Assembly: GCF_963921235.1 (NCBI RefSeq)
Contig: NC_086097.1
Coordinates: 227,108,001 to 227,172,000 of the forward strand
Reading direction: 5' to 3'
Source of the DNA: Mobula hypostoma
Taxonomy: Eukaryota
DNA length: 64,000 nucleotides
Shown here: positions 1 to 13,104 of the stretch, piece after piece
Numbering within the stretch: the stretch's first letter is position 1
Layout: the number at the start of each line of letters is the position of its first letter
The notes under the pieces: generated by a model
Databases searched by the model: none
What the model was told of the DNA's origin: nothing
What the model saw: only the letters and a program-made list of their open reading frames with translations
Translations under genes and position numbers: made by a program

Positions 1-639
1 TTTCAAATGTTCTGAGACCACAATGATTTCTCTCCCCTAAATGGGAAGCTCAAACTCTCAAATTACTTTGCAACCTCATAAATGCATTTCAATAAGATAT
101 CAATCAGAGGTATTAACTTTGTCATTGTTGGTTCATATTTAAATCAAAGTGATGTTTTCTATTTATGCACACAACTTCTTTTTCACACATATTATGAATG
201 CATCTTGAATTAATTTTATCAGAGAGTGAACGTGTCAATGGTAACCAATTATTCCTATTTAGTATCTTTGCAGCTGCTCATCAAATGGCCTGTGTCAGAA
301 CATTTGCAGTCAAGCACACTAATGGATGTTTTACATTAAAATGATGTAACGTAGCAAAATTATGTAATGAGGTCAGAATTGCATTTACTAATTTTGGAGT
401 CATATGACATGGAAACATTTGCCCCCATCCTCACATCCAGGCCAACTCATTGCAGCCATCTGTGTTAATCCCATCTTCAAGCATTTGATCCATAACCTTC
501 TATTCCTAGACAATTTATGTGATCAGAGGCTTCTTAATTGCTGTCAGAGATTCTGCTCCCATCCCTCTAGCTGGGATGTACAGTAAGTTTTAAGTTTTTT
601 TTTTAGACCATAACCTTTCCCTGTATCACCTCATATTTA

Positions 640-2270
640 TGAGGATTAAATACCTTATTGGTGTATTTCAGTCCATTTCACCAACATTTCAATGTCACCC
701 TGCAACCTAAAACTATGCTCCACACTGGACTATCATTTATGAGCTCACTGATTATGCCTCCGACATCCCCATCTAAATCTTTGTATATATTACAAACAGT
801 AATGGTCCCAGAACCAGTCTCTGTGGAACATCACTAGGTCACAGGAACCTAGGCACTGAACTACCCCTCTACTATTACCCTCCATCTCCTACTGTAAGCT
901 ACTTTTGTATCCAGTTTGTCAACTTGCCCTAGATGCCATGGATCCTAACCTTTTGGACCAGGATCCCCCTGGGGCCTTGTCAAAGGCCTTCTGAGGTCTA
1001 TGTAAACTACACCTATTGCATTGCCCTCATCTATACACTTATTACCCCCCCCAAAAAAATCCATTTAAAACTTCGAGATCTGTCCATGCCACAGCCACGC
1101 CATACTCGTCATGTTTGATCAGTCCCTTCCTTTCCAAATGACCAGTAATCCTGCCCCTCAGAAAATTTTCCAATAACTTTCTTCAAAGTTCAAAGTTAAA
1201 TTTATTATCAGACTATATACATGTCACCACATACAACCCTGAGGGCATACTTAGCAAATTAATGGAACAGTAACTGTAAACAGGATCAACGAAAAACAAA
1301 CCGTGCAAATGCAAATATAAGTAAATAGTAATAAATAACGAGAGCATGAAATAACAAGATAAATAATCCTTTAAGTGAGACCATCAGTTGTGGGAACACC
1401 AGAAATAGAATGAGTGTAGTTATCCCCTTTGATGCCTGATGGTTGAGGGGCAGTAATTGTTCTTGAACCTGGTGGTGCGAGTCATGGGGCACTTGTACCT
1501 TCTACCTGATGGCAGCAGCGAGAAAAGAGCATGGCCTGGGTGGTGAGAATCGTTGATGATGGATGCTGCTTTTCTAACACAATGTTTCATGTAGATGTGC
1601 TCAATGGTTGGGAGGGCTTTACCCATGATATACCAAGCCAAATCAACTACCTTTTGTAGGACTTTCCACTGGTGTTCCCATACTAGGCCATAATGCAGCC
1701 AGTAAGCACAGTTTCCAGCATAGTCTATAGACGTTTGCCAAGGTTCATGATGATATGCCAATTCTTCGCAGACTTCTGAGGAAGTAGCGGTGCTCTCGTG
1801 CTTTCTTTGCAATTAGATTTATGTGATGGGTCTAGGACAGTTCCTCTGAGATAGTGACACCCAGGAATTTAAAATTACTGACCCTCTCCACCTCTGATTC
1901 TTCGATGAGAAGTAGCTCATGGATCTCTGGTTTCCCTCTCCTGAATCTACAATCAGTTCCTTGGTCTTATTGACATTGAGTGAGAGGTTGTTGTTCTTAC
2001 ACCACTCAGCCACGTTTTCAATCTCCCTCTTCCATGCTGATTTATCACCGCCTTTGATAGGGCCCACATCAGCAAACTTGTATATATGTATCCTATTCAG
2101 GATGTTAACCTCATTGGTCTGTAATTAACAGGCTTTTCTCTGCTGCCTTTCTTGAAAAAGGGGGACCACATTTGCAGTGCTTTAGTACCTCATTTGTGGT
2201 CAGCAAAAATTTTAAAGTGTCAGCCAGAGCCACAACAATTGCTCCCTTTCTTCCTATCACTGACTTCTGG
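640..2270 (-). mobile_element. Decayed CR1 LINE RT fragment, interrupted by a Rex1 insertion
   Basis: Reverse strand carries remnants of CR1 RT motifs (KAFDK-type at ~975-990; NYRP-type at ~2115-2125). Confidence 0.65.
1183..2085 (-). mobile_element. 5'-truncated Rex1/Babar LINE
   Basis: ORFs contain WCKNNNLSLNVNKTKELIVD and HPGHALFSLLPSGRRY; (TTTGAAC)n-like tail at ~1183-1200. Confidence 0.8.
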
Positions 2271-2859
2271 CCTCCACAATATACCTCATAGTACTAAGTG
2301 TGCTCAAGCAACCACCGTCCCCTCACCCTTCACCTGCAGGCTCCTGATCCTATACTGCTTCTGTATGGCCGTTGCCTTTCTGTGCAAGAACTGTTTGTGC
2401 TATGTGTAAGAATCTTGTCCTCAGACTTCACAATTAGGAGCAAGTCCAAGAGCAGAGATGATAGTGGAGCAAGTGCAGATGGGTGCAGCACAGAGTGAGC
2501 ATGGGAGAGAGATGTGGAGAGGGCTTGTCAGTGAGAGCAGTAGGTAGACAAGCCTGTGGAGAGAGGGAAAGGAGCAGAATGGCAGGAAAGGAGGGGGAGA
2601 AAGGAAAGGTACATAGACAGAGAGGATGAGCACGAGAGGACTGCAGAACAGACCAAGGAGAGAGAGGAAGTTATTCATTTTGTAGTTTTACTATTTGATC
2701 TGACCTACCATATTTAAAGTTGAATTTATGTGTGATCCTGGGTAGATCGTATGATGGTGGAATTTCATGTTTGAAGTTACAAACTAACTCAAAAATTTAA
2801 ATTATTCACAGTTTTAAGGATTCCTCCATCAGTTAAGTTTAAAGTTCAAATTAAATTTA

Positions 2860-4377
2860 CAATGCCTATAAAAAGTATTCGCACCCACTCCTGGAAAGTT
2901 TTCATGTTTCATTGTTTTACAACATTGAATCGCAGTGGATTTAATTTGGATTTTTTTGACACTGATCAGCAGAAAAAGGCTCTGTCGCGTCAAAGTGAAA
3001 ACAAATTTCTACAAAGTGATCTGAATCAGTTACAAATATAAAACACAATTTAATTGATTGCATAAGTATTCATCCCCTTCAAGTCAGTATTTAGTAGATG
3101 CACCTTTGGCAGCAATTACAGTCTTGAGTCTGTGTGGATAGGTCTCTATCAGCTTTGCACATCTGGACATTGCAATTTCTCCCCATTCTCCTTTACAACA
3201 CTGCTCAAGCTTTGTCAGATTGCATGGGGATTGTGAGTGAATAGTCCTTTTCAAGTCCAACCACGAGTTCTCAATTGGATTGAGGTTTGGACTCTGACTT
3301 GGTTTTGCTGGAAAACAAATCTTCTCCCAAGTTGCAGTTCTCTTGCAGACTGCATCAGGATTTCCTCTAGGATTTCCATGTATTTTTCAGCATTTCTTTT
3401 ACCCTCTACAAGCCTTCTAGGACCCGCTGCAGTGAAGCATCCCCACAGCATGATGCAGCTACCACCATGCTTCACAGTGGAGATGGTGTGTTTTTGATTA
3501 TGTGCAGCGTTTGGCTTAACGTCAAACATGGTGTTTAGTCTGATGGCCAAAAAGTTCAATTTTGATTTGATCAGACCATAGAACCTTCTTTCAGCTGACT
3601 TCTTAATCTCCCACATGCCTTCTGGCAAACTCTAGCTGAGATTTCATACGAGTTTTTTCAACAGTGCCTTTCTCTTTGCCACTGTCCCACAAACCTGCGA
3701 TTGGTGAAGCACCTGGGCAACAGTTGTTGTATGCGCAGTCTCTCCCATCTCGGCCATTGAAGCTTGTAACTCCTCCAGAGTTGTCATAGGTCTCTTGGTG
3801 GCCTCCCTCACTAACCCCTTCTTGCATGGTCACTCAGCTTTTGAGGACGGCCTGCTCTAGGCAGATTTACAGCGGTGACATATTCTTTCCATTTCTGGAT
3901 GATTGACTTAACTGTACTCCAAGGGATATTCAGTGACTTGGAAATTTTCTTGTTTGCATCTCTTGACGTGCTTTTCAATAACCTTTTCACGGAGTTGCTT
4001 GGAGTGTTCTTTTATCTTTATGGTGTGGTTTTTGCCAGGAGACTGACTCACCAGCAGTTGGATACAGGTTTATTTTTACCACAAAGGTCTCTAAAAACAG
4101 ATCTCCATTTAACTAATTATGTGACTTCTAAAACTAATCGGTTGCACCAGTGATAAGGGGGTGGGGGGACGGTTGGTGAATACTTATGCAATCAATTATT
4201 TTGTGTTTTATATTTGTCATTAATTTAGATCTCTCTGTTTGCCCTTTGACATGAAAGAGTCTTCTTCTGTTGATCAGTGTCAAAAAAGCCAAATTAAATC
4301 CACCGTGATTCAATGTTGTAAAACAATAAAACATGAAAACTTCCAAAGGGGGAGGTGAATACTTTTTATAGGCATTG
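2860..4377 (-). mobile_element. Tc1/mariner DNA transposon with frameshifted transposase
   Basis: ~200-bp inverted repeats CAATGCCTATAAAAAGTATTC...GAATACTTTTTATAGGCATTG flanked by TA; TVKHGGSCIMLWGCF and RRFVFQQN motifs. Confidence 0.95.
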
Positions 4378-4396
4378 TATTATCAAAGTACATATA

Positions 4397-4735
4397 CAGT
4401 ACTGTGCAAAAGTCTTAGACATACAGAAAGAACTAGAGTGCCTAAAACATTTATTCGGTACTGTAGTAATTTTATGTATTGCATGGCACTGCTGCTACAA
4501 AAAGAAACTAATTTCATGACCTTTGTGGGTGATGATAACTATGATTCTGATATGGGTCTCTACTGTGGACTGAGAGTGGGAAGGGGCAGGGAGAAGGGAA
4601 ATTATGGTTGGGAAAAGGGGAAGGGGAAGGGAAAGAGAAGGGAGCGGGAAGCACCAGAGGTACATTCTGTAATGAGGAATAAACCAATTGTTTGGAATCA
4701 AATGACCTTGTCTGTTCTCAGGGCTAGTGTGTCCC
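4397..4735. mobile_element. Non-autonomous TA-flanked MITE-like composite repeat (copy 1)
   Basis: CAGTACTGTGCAAAAGTCTTAG ... GTACTG inverted ends; internal sequence shared with 49613-49994. Confidence 0.6.
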
Positions 4736-4815
4736 ATCTTACCTCATCCAATTGATCTTTAGGACAGGTTTTAGAAAGGCTATAAAACTATCATCCGCAC
4801 ACCATTCTATGCTTT

Positions 4816-6485
4816 GTGTTTACATGTATTGCGGTTTGTGATCACATTGATGTGCTTGCTCTATGCGCACAGCATATTGTGTGTACTTATTACGATAAAG
4901 TATTTGTAATTTTCAGGAGTATTTGTGATAGAAAAATGTCTCGACAATGTTGCAACGGTTGCAAAACTTTCTATTGTATTTGTGGTGAGTATACAGTTAA
5001 ATCTCAAAGATGGAGCATGACTCCCCTTATTAAGAAAGCCTATGAGCTCTACCTTTGGTGTAAAATTGAAGAGCAAGACAAAGTCTGGGCTCCTCACATT
5101 TGTTGTGCAAGATGCACTATCGATCTTAGAGCTTGGCTCAGAGATACTCAGAAGTCAATGCCATTCGTTCTCCCGATTATTTGGCGAGAACAGAAGGATC
5201 ATGTGACAGACTGCTACTCCTGTCTGACCAGTGTGTCTGGTTTCTCTGCTAAAAACAAGAAATCTATTGAATACCCCAATCTCCCTTCAGCCTTGAGATC
5301 TATGTCGCATGGCAATAGTCTGCCAGTACTGAAGCCACAAGAGACAGGGAATATAGAGGAGGCGGATGAAGATGCTACGATGCATGAGCCAGAAATGGAA
5401 AATAACATTGATACTGATATAGATATTGAACACTCTGTGTTGAGTGAGCCTCATCTGATAACTCAATCTGAGTTAAATGACCTGATCAGAGACTTGGGTT
5501 TGTCAAAGGCAAAAGCAGAATTACTGGGTTCAAGACTGCAGGAATGGAATCCATTGTCACCAGACACTGAAATTTTTGAGATTGCTGTTTCCCAGAATAA
5601 CTGATGCCAAGATTAAGGAAGGCAATTTTGTTGGTCCACATATCAAACCGGTCTTCAAAGACAGGCAATTTGAAGAACTTCTTGTGGGACCTGAGAAAAT
5701 CGCATGGAAGACATGTTGTTGAAAATTTTCTTGGTAACTACAGAGCACCAAACTACATGCAGTTAGTTGACATTGTGCTTCAAGCATACAAAAGCATTAA
5801 GTGCAACAAGTACAACTCTCTTCACACAGGGAGTGGTGAATCTGTGGAATTCTCTGCCACAGGAAACAGTTGAGGCCAGTTCATTGGCTATATTTAAGAG
5901 GGAGTTAGATATGGCCCTTGTGGCTAAAGGGATCAGGGGGTATGGAGGGAAGGCTGGTACGAGGTTCTGAGTTGGATGATCAGCCATGATCATACTGAAT
6001 GGCAGTGCAGGCTCGAAGGGCCAAATGGCCTACTCCTGCACCTATTTTCTATGTTTCTATATCACTAAAGATTCATTTTCTGCATTCCCATTTAGACTTC
6101 TTCCCTGCAAATCGTGGTGCTGTCAGTGACGAACATGTTGAAAGGTTTCACCAGGACATTCTGGTCATGGAGAAATAGTACCAGGGCAAGAGGAATCCAT
6201 CAATGCTGGCTGATTATTGTTGGACACTTAAGGGAGAAGCCTCAGACACTGAATACAAATGAAAATCATCAACAAAACATTTTTAGCTTTGAACTATTGC
6301 AAAGCATCAGCACCATTATTTAATTAAAGGCATTAAATTCGATATAAGTTAATTTTTTGGTTTCTCCAAATTTCTATGTGATACACATAGTCAGAAATTA
6401 TATTTTTTATTCAGCTTCAAGTGGTCTATCATAACCTTAAAAATTCTGAGGAAAGCAAGACTTTGAAAAAATTTGCTTTCCAGTG
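4816..6485 (+). mobile_element. Chapaev3-like (CMC) DNA transposon remnant, internally deleted
   Basis: FYCICGE...QDKVWAPHICC..C...IIWREQKDHVTDCYSC N-terminus; C-terminal SLKIHFLHSHLDFFP..GAVSDEH.ERFHQDI...MLADYCW at ~6060-6225; ends in CAGTG at 6485; left end not found. Confidence 0.8.
5817..6060 (+). mobile_element. CR1 LINE 3' end inserted in the Chapaev3-like element
   Basis: FTQGVVNLWNSLPQETVEA C-terminus, CR1 3'UTR and ttctatgt tail. Confidence 0.85.
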
Positions 6486-6939
6486 AAATCAGTTAGTCAT
6501 TTTCATTTTATTTGTTAGGTTTCAGTGTTAAACATGGAGAATATGATCACTCAGTGATTGTAAAATAGTTGGCTATTGCTGGCGATTCCAACTGCAACAG
6601 CTTCTCAGCCATAAATTTTATCCCTTCCCGCATTTGGCGTTGCAGCATGTTGTTTTCTCCTTTCTATCAACTGTCAAAAATTACTAACATCGGCAACTCT
6701 TGAATTCCAATACAGCTCCAAATTTTTTTGCCCCTTTATTTTCCTCTGACTTCATTTCTTCTCCTCCAGTTCCACCTCCTGCTGTGTTTGCACTGTCACC
6801 TTTTATCTACCCCCTTTCTGATCCTGTGTGACCTGACCTCAGCAGAGGTATCCGACGAATATCCCTATGCTAACATTTTAATTAATTTTGAACCTGACAT
6901 TATGCTGAACTACTACCAATTAGCAGGAGGTACAGGGGT

Positions 6940-7150
6940 CTTAGGTTCCACACCACTAGGTTTGGAACAGTTATTACCCTACAACCATCAGGCGTATGGA
7001 CCAGCATGGATAACTTCACTCACCTTAACTCTGAATTAATTCCACAGTCTACAGAGTCAATTTCAAGGACTTTACAACTCATGTTCTCATTACTTACTAT
7101 TTATCTTTCTATCTGTCTATTATTTACTTTCTCGGTTATTTTGCACACGG
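6940..7150 (+). mobile_element. Rex1/Babar-type 3' end fragment
   Basis: aacagttattaccc..caaccatcagg motif shared with the 1183-2085 element and with 17125-17350. Confidence 0.55.
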
Positions 7151-9319
7151 TATCTTCTTTATCACATTAGTATTGCTAGTAGAACTGTAGTATCATTGGT
7201 AAGTTGAGGAATGTCATGAAAACTATTCAATAGGTTGTACAAAGTGTAGCACTACTGATGTTTCTGTGTGTTTCAGCATCACACCAGGTATAATTTCATT
7301 TTTAACATTAGTATTTGAGTCAGTTTTCTTTCTGAGGTTTAAGCCCACCTTGTCTATTATAATACGTAGAGGCAGTGAAGGATTATAATTGATTGTTATT
7401 ACTATATCAGGAAATGTTGATTATAAGTGTCATTTTCAGATTCAGTTGAAGAGAAGCAGCTTTAAGTCTTTTTTTTCTCTTTCGAAAACATAGACACAGA
7501 AAAAGACAAGTGCCTGAGAATTTTAGTTGGCAGTAAATTAATGATATCAACTTGATCTAAGAAGAATGATTTAAGGGAATCTGTAATTGGACTGTAATTC
7601 CATTATCCATGCAGAACTCCTGTACATTGAGAAACCTAAGCCAGTGCCATGAGAAAAATTATGTAAAGAATCATTTTTTAAAATATTTATTATGCTAAAA
7701 AGCTTAAATCCCCCGATTCCATGCTTTATAAAAAGCTTGCCCACCTGAAAGCATTGACTATCTTTTCTTTGTTTAGGATTAACGTTGGTGTTTAAATCAA
7801 ATAACCCCTAGTCAAGGAAAAATTAAGACATAGGGATAATAATATCTGTAATAATTTTTCCAGGTGTCCCTTAGACGTTTCAATACTTAAAGAATGCATT
7901 GCTGGATCCTTTTAGAATGTTGTCAAATTCTTTTGTAAATACTTTTTTTTTGTCAAATTCTTCCAATTTTTACTAAGAACTACTACCTACATTAATATTA
8001 AGTCTGGACTTTGCCTTTCTGTGGAGCTGTTATTTAACAGTGTGAATGACATGCAATATTAGTAACAACAGCTACTGGGCGTTTTTCTGCCTTTTCATCA
8101 CAATTGGCACCCTATTGTTCCAGGTCCATCTCTAGCTTTAGCACATCAGCAGTGATCCTCCATTGCTCATCTCACAAAGCACTGGGTGTGATATTTCTTG
8201 GAGTACTTCATCAACTATGAAAGAAGATTTGAGCTGATGATGGTGTAGAAAACCGTCAGCTGTGTGTATACTCTGCCTAGTTTAAAACTGAACCCTTGTA
8301 CTTTGTGGTATGGCTATTGTGGTCACATTAGGGACTTTGATTATAATATATTTCTTCTAATTCTAATGCTTTTGTCATAAATTTGAATCAGCAAAGAAGC
8401 TGCTTTACCAGCATTGATCCAATCTTTGAGGACTTACAAGGTTCTTTGCAAAGACTGAGTCAAAATAGTGTCATGATCTTAAGTCATTCAGGTAATTATG
8501 TCCAGGAGACTTTCCATAGATCCAAAGGATGCCTCCATTCCCTTTGCGATTCAATGCAAAATGACATGTCTCACATGTTTTGCACTTTAATTAATTAGTA
8601 CGAAGTTCTTGATTTTTGTAACTTGCAGTTTTTTAGTAAATGGCATAAAGTTGGGATAACATTGTGTTGATATTATTTAATCATTCATCCAGCAAGTAAT
8701 CATCAAATCCTAGGAGTTTAGCTTGATTGACTGCAGTCCCATCTGGAAATGTAGCAAGGTATGATAATTGAAAATGGGCAGCTTTGTATTTCCCAGAAAA
8801 ATCTGTTTTGCTTACAGATTTGTTTGCAGCATTGATTTGTGCTATATGTATTTTCTAGGTCTACTATCAGTACCTTATTTGATTGCCATACACATTTGCT
8901 TATTTGTGAGATTACTGTCATTGAAGCCACTATATTAGTGGTCTTGATGCAAACTTTCATTTTTCTAGTAAATGGAAGGGTTCTCTTGTAGATGATCCAA
9001 ATGAAATTCCACAACCAATCTTAATAAATAGGAAAGTAAGTCTGTGGATAAAACTAAACTGAATCAAAACCAAAAGATCATCAGGACCTTAAGTTATAAC
9101 AACATGCTTGAGAATGGACCTGAGGCTGATCACACAGTGATTGTTCTGCCTCTAGAGGTGCTGTTCATTTTGTATGCAGTTAGTTTTGTATAAACATCAC
9201 TTCCTGTTCGTAAGCTGTTTTGTACATCATTTCCTGCGTGGATTAATTTGGATTTCGACTTGGGAGCAAACTCAGTAGAAAGACATACATCTCCATTCTC
9301 TCTTTATTTTCCCTTTACA

Positions 9320-10815
9320 CAGCAATCTCCATGAGGGCCTTAAGCTTTCTTAGTATTGGTAAACATTTGGTAGATGCCTCTGGTAACTACACATGCGGTA
9401 AGTTCATCCAGCTACGGCTTGTAATAATCTGCGTTAAGGAGTTGGAGCTGGAACTGGATGAATTCAGGAGGCGGGAGGAGCGATAGATAGGACATATAGA
9501 GAGCTAAAAGAGGATCTATTGCTAGTTAAACAAAAGGTGCAGGAGACAGAAAACTTGGTGATAGTCAGGAAGGGAAAAGGGGTTAAGGAGCCAGTGCAGG
9601 GTCCAGGATATCTCAGATCGAGTCCTCAGCATTCTTAAGTGGGAGGGTGAATTGCCAGTAGGTACCAATGGCATAGGTAGGAAGAGTGACAAGATTCTGC
9701 AAAATGAGTTAGGTGCTAAGTTAAAAGACAGAAACTCCAGGGTTATGATCTCAGAATTGCTATCTGTGCGACATGCTAGTGAAACCAGAAATAGGAAGAG
9801 TATACCATTTAACACATGGCTAAGGACTTGGTGCAGGAGAGAGGGTTTCAGATTTTTGGATCATTGAGCTCCCTTCCATGGAAGGTGGGACCTCTATAGA
9901 AGAGACAGTTTGCACCTGAACTGGAAGAGGACTAATGTCCTAGCGGGAAGATTTGCTAGTCCTGCATGGTAGGGTTTAAACTAGAGTTGCAGGGGGATGG
10001 AAACCAGAGAGTGAGAACAGATAGTGGAGAGCTTGTGGAGACAGGTGTTGTTAAGACCTCTGACAGTCAGGAATCAAAAGGTTGAGCATGGTGCAACGAA
10101 TGTCCTGAGCTGTGTATATTTCAATACAAGATGTATCGTAGGGAAAACAGATGAGCTCAGGGCATGGATCAACATATGGAATTATGATATTGTAGCTATT
10201 AGTGAGATGTGGTTGCAGGAGGGGAAGGACTGGCAGCTCAATATTCTGGGCTTGCACTGCTTTAGACATGACCGGGGGAGATAGATTAAAGGAGGAGGGG
10301 TGACATTACTAGTCATGGAAAATGTTATGGCAGTGCTTTGTCAGGACAGACTGGAGATCTTTTCTAGTAAGGTGTTATGGGTGGAACTGAGAAATAAGAA
10401 AGGTATGCAACACACAGAAAAAACAGTCCTGATAAAGGGTCTCAGCCTGAAACATTGACTGTTTACTCTTTTCCATATATGCTGCCTGGCCTGCTGAGTT
10501 CCTCCATCTCTTGTTTGTAATAAGAAAGGAATGGCCGTGTTAATGGGCCTATATTACCGACCACCTAACAGTCTGAGAAATTTAGAGGAACAAATTTGTA
10601 GAGAGATCGCAGACTGTTAAAAAAAAACATAAGGTTGTTATAGTAGATGATTTTGATTTTCCACATGTTGACTGGGACTCCCAGACTGTAGAAGGACTAG
10701 ATGGGATAGAGTCTGTCAACTGTGTCCAGGAAAAGTTTGGAATAGGCAGCTTAAATGGTTTGGCATGGACTAGATGGGTGAAGGTCCTGTTTCTGTACTG
10801 TACTTTTCTTTAACT
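9320..10815 (+). mobile_element. CR1 LINE 5' region: ORF1 SGNH/GDSL esterase and ORF2 AP-endonuclease remnants
   Basis: VGTNGIG...WLRTWCRREGFRFLDH and downstream D-S-L-H; CVYFNTRCI..K.DEL...YDIVAISEMWL. Confidence 0.85.
10408..10518 (+). mobile_element. Penelope-like terminal cassette with degenerate hammerhead motif
   Basis: TSD aataagaaagg(t/a)atg (10393-10407, 10519-10533); aaacagtc-CTGATAA-agggtctcagcct-GAAA-catt-gactgttt. Confidence 0.75.
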
Positions 10816-11349
10816 TTATGTACTTTGAAGAAAGTATTATGGTTAACACTCTTCACTATTAAGCTATCGTGCCACGAGTTCATTCTGATTTACGGCATAT
10901 TTCAAACTAAGTGTCTCTACCTCAGGAGAAGATAGAGTGTAGCTTTGTAAAGTACCTTGGAATATATTGAGGTTGTGTGAGTTTCCATTTTTTCCTTGAT
11001 GATACCATTAAGTGTTAGTGGCAGTTGACTGAGCTCTCTCTTAATCAAAATAGGCATTAACTGGTGGTTATGTGGTATGAATAATACCTGCAATGTCATT
11101 TGTATACAGCTTAAGCCTGACACTAGTTGCTTTATTAATGAACTTTATTAATCCCCACTGATTTTCATTAACAACCCAATTACTGCAAAGGATATGTAAC
11201 TTGGTCTTGATATTTAGATTTTTTCACTAGATTAAGATGACTAAAATAATCTTTACTTAAGGATATTTTGTTAAATCAAGAAGGAATTTGATGGTGAGCA
11301 TTTGTGGTTGGAGAATTGATGGTGAACTGTGATACTTCAAAGTTATCAT

Positions 11350-11790
11350 TCAATGAGGAAAACGCTTAGGAGGAATTTCTTTACACCTAGGTTTTGGATA
11401 TGGCAGGGGTCAGAGGAGAGGGACTAGAGGTTGAGTCGGTAGAGGAGTGAGGCTCTTCCCCCCTCTCTATACTAACAGTCTGATAGGAACATGGCCACTG
11501 TTCTGGCACTGGGATAAAGGAGGTGCCGTGGGCATTTCTGTTGGCCAGAGGTTCTTCATTCATATGGGCACCAAAGGTCACGGAAAGAGTGGTGAATCTG
11601 TTGAATTCATTGCCACAGCCTTCTGTGTGGGCCAAATCATTGGGTATATTTAAGGCAGAGGATGGTAGGCATGAAGGGATATGGGGAGAAAGCAGGGGAC
11701 TGAGGCTGAGAGGGAAAATGGATCAGCCATGATGAAATGGCAGAGCAGACTCGATGGCCTAATTCTGTTCCTATATTTTATGGTCTTATG
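11350..11790 (+). mobile_element. CR1 3' end with an unrelated ~200-bp insert
   Basis: aggaatttcttt...agagtggtgaatctg split by 11387-11586; CR1 3'UTR and ttatggtc tail. Confidence 0.7.
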
Positions 11791-13104
11791 GATTCCTTTG
11801 CAGAAACAATTGGTAAATAAAGTGTTGCATGGAATCATGGAAACTTTTTAAAATATTCCATACAGAAGAAATTACATTGGTGCTGTGTGATCAGATTGGA
11901 ACATTCCATTTCAACTCCCATAATATAATGCATTCTCTTCTCCTACCTCAGCTGAAGCTCAGCATGGGGCTTCCCTCTGTCTACTTTACCTAAATTCAAG
12001 GTATTCTAGAATGTTGTTGCCTGTGATCTAACTCCTATCAACTCCTGTTCACCCATTACACTTGTGCCTTCTGACATGCCTCCAAGTAACACAATGCTTC
12101 AATTTTAAATTCTCCTTCAATATTTCAAATATCATTTTACCAATAGTAATCGTGTCTTCGGTTTCCTAGTTCTAAACTCGTGAAGTCTTTTTTGAAATTT
12201 TTCTGTTTTTCTTTCCTCCATTCAGACTCTCACTGAAACATTTAAATTTGACAAAGCTTTTTCTGTGCTGATACCTCCTTTCATGACTTGTCTGTAATTT
12301 TTATTTGATCATGCTCCTGAGAAGCTATTTGGGAAATTTTGCTGCATTGAAGGAATTTTATTAGTAGTCAACATTATTTAAATAAGGAACATGCCCTGGG
12401 ATAATACACAGGCAAGGCTTCCTTTTGTATTGTGTACTTGTTCCTGTGTGCGATATGGGTAAAAGAAATCTCCCTGAAATAGTTATATTTCCTTATGTAA
12501 ATGATATTTTCTTTGTGCTCTTGAGAAGATTTGATGAATTCCAAGAAATAATTCTCTAAAATATGCTCACAAAAGAAAACTTTTCAGTCGTGTCTGTTTC
12601 TGTGGTGGAGGAACCTTTTATGGACCAGAGTATGTTGAGGGATTTTGGCAATTATACACTGAAATCCTTTTAATCATTTTGTTGTCAGAAAATTTGGCAC
12701 TCAAACAAGTTATGAACCTCCAGGAAAAGCTCTACTGGAAGTTTTCCTGAGTTTTTGCACTAATCTTGTGGTTGCACACCATGGAAACAACAAGCCCATT
12801 TGTCTGAGTGGAGATGAAGAACTGAAAGACAAACAAATATTCTGTAATTTCCATCAATATATAGTACTTAGCTGAGTCTGCGTAAATGTAAACAGTTTAA
12901 AATGCTAGATTTTAAGTACGAATCAATTTATCTTAATTGCTTCATATCTTTTTATTTTTTGAGTGTTTGGTAGACAGCATAGCTGGATGTCAGGTTTCTT
13001 TACTATTCATTTTTTGGATGGGGCTTGTTTTGGTCTGTCCACTTTGTGATGTGTTATGGAAAGCCCTGCTTTTGTGCATGGCTTAGCCACTTTGGATCAG
13101 GACA

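Noticed and set aside
8392..8491. Exon-like segment aatcag|CAAAGAAGC...CAG|gtaatt (QRSCFTSIDPIFEDLQGSLQRLSQ...)
   Set aside because: Weak pyrimidine tract, and it ends in phase 1, incompatible with the phase-0 exons unless an unseen exon intervenes; not excluded, but unsupported
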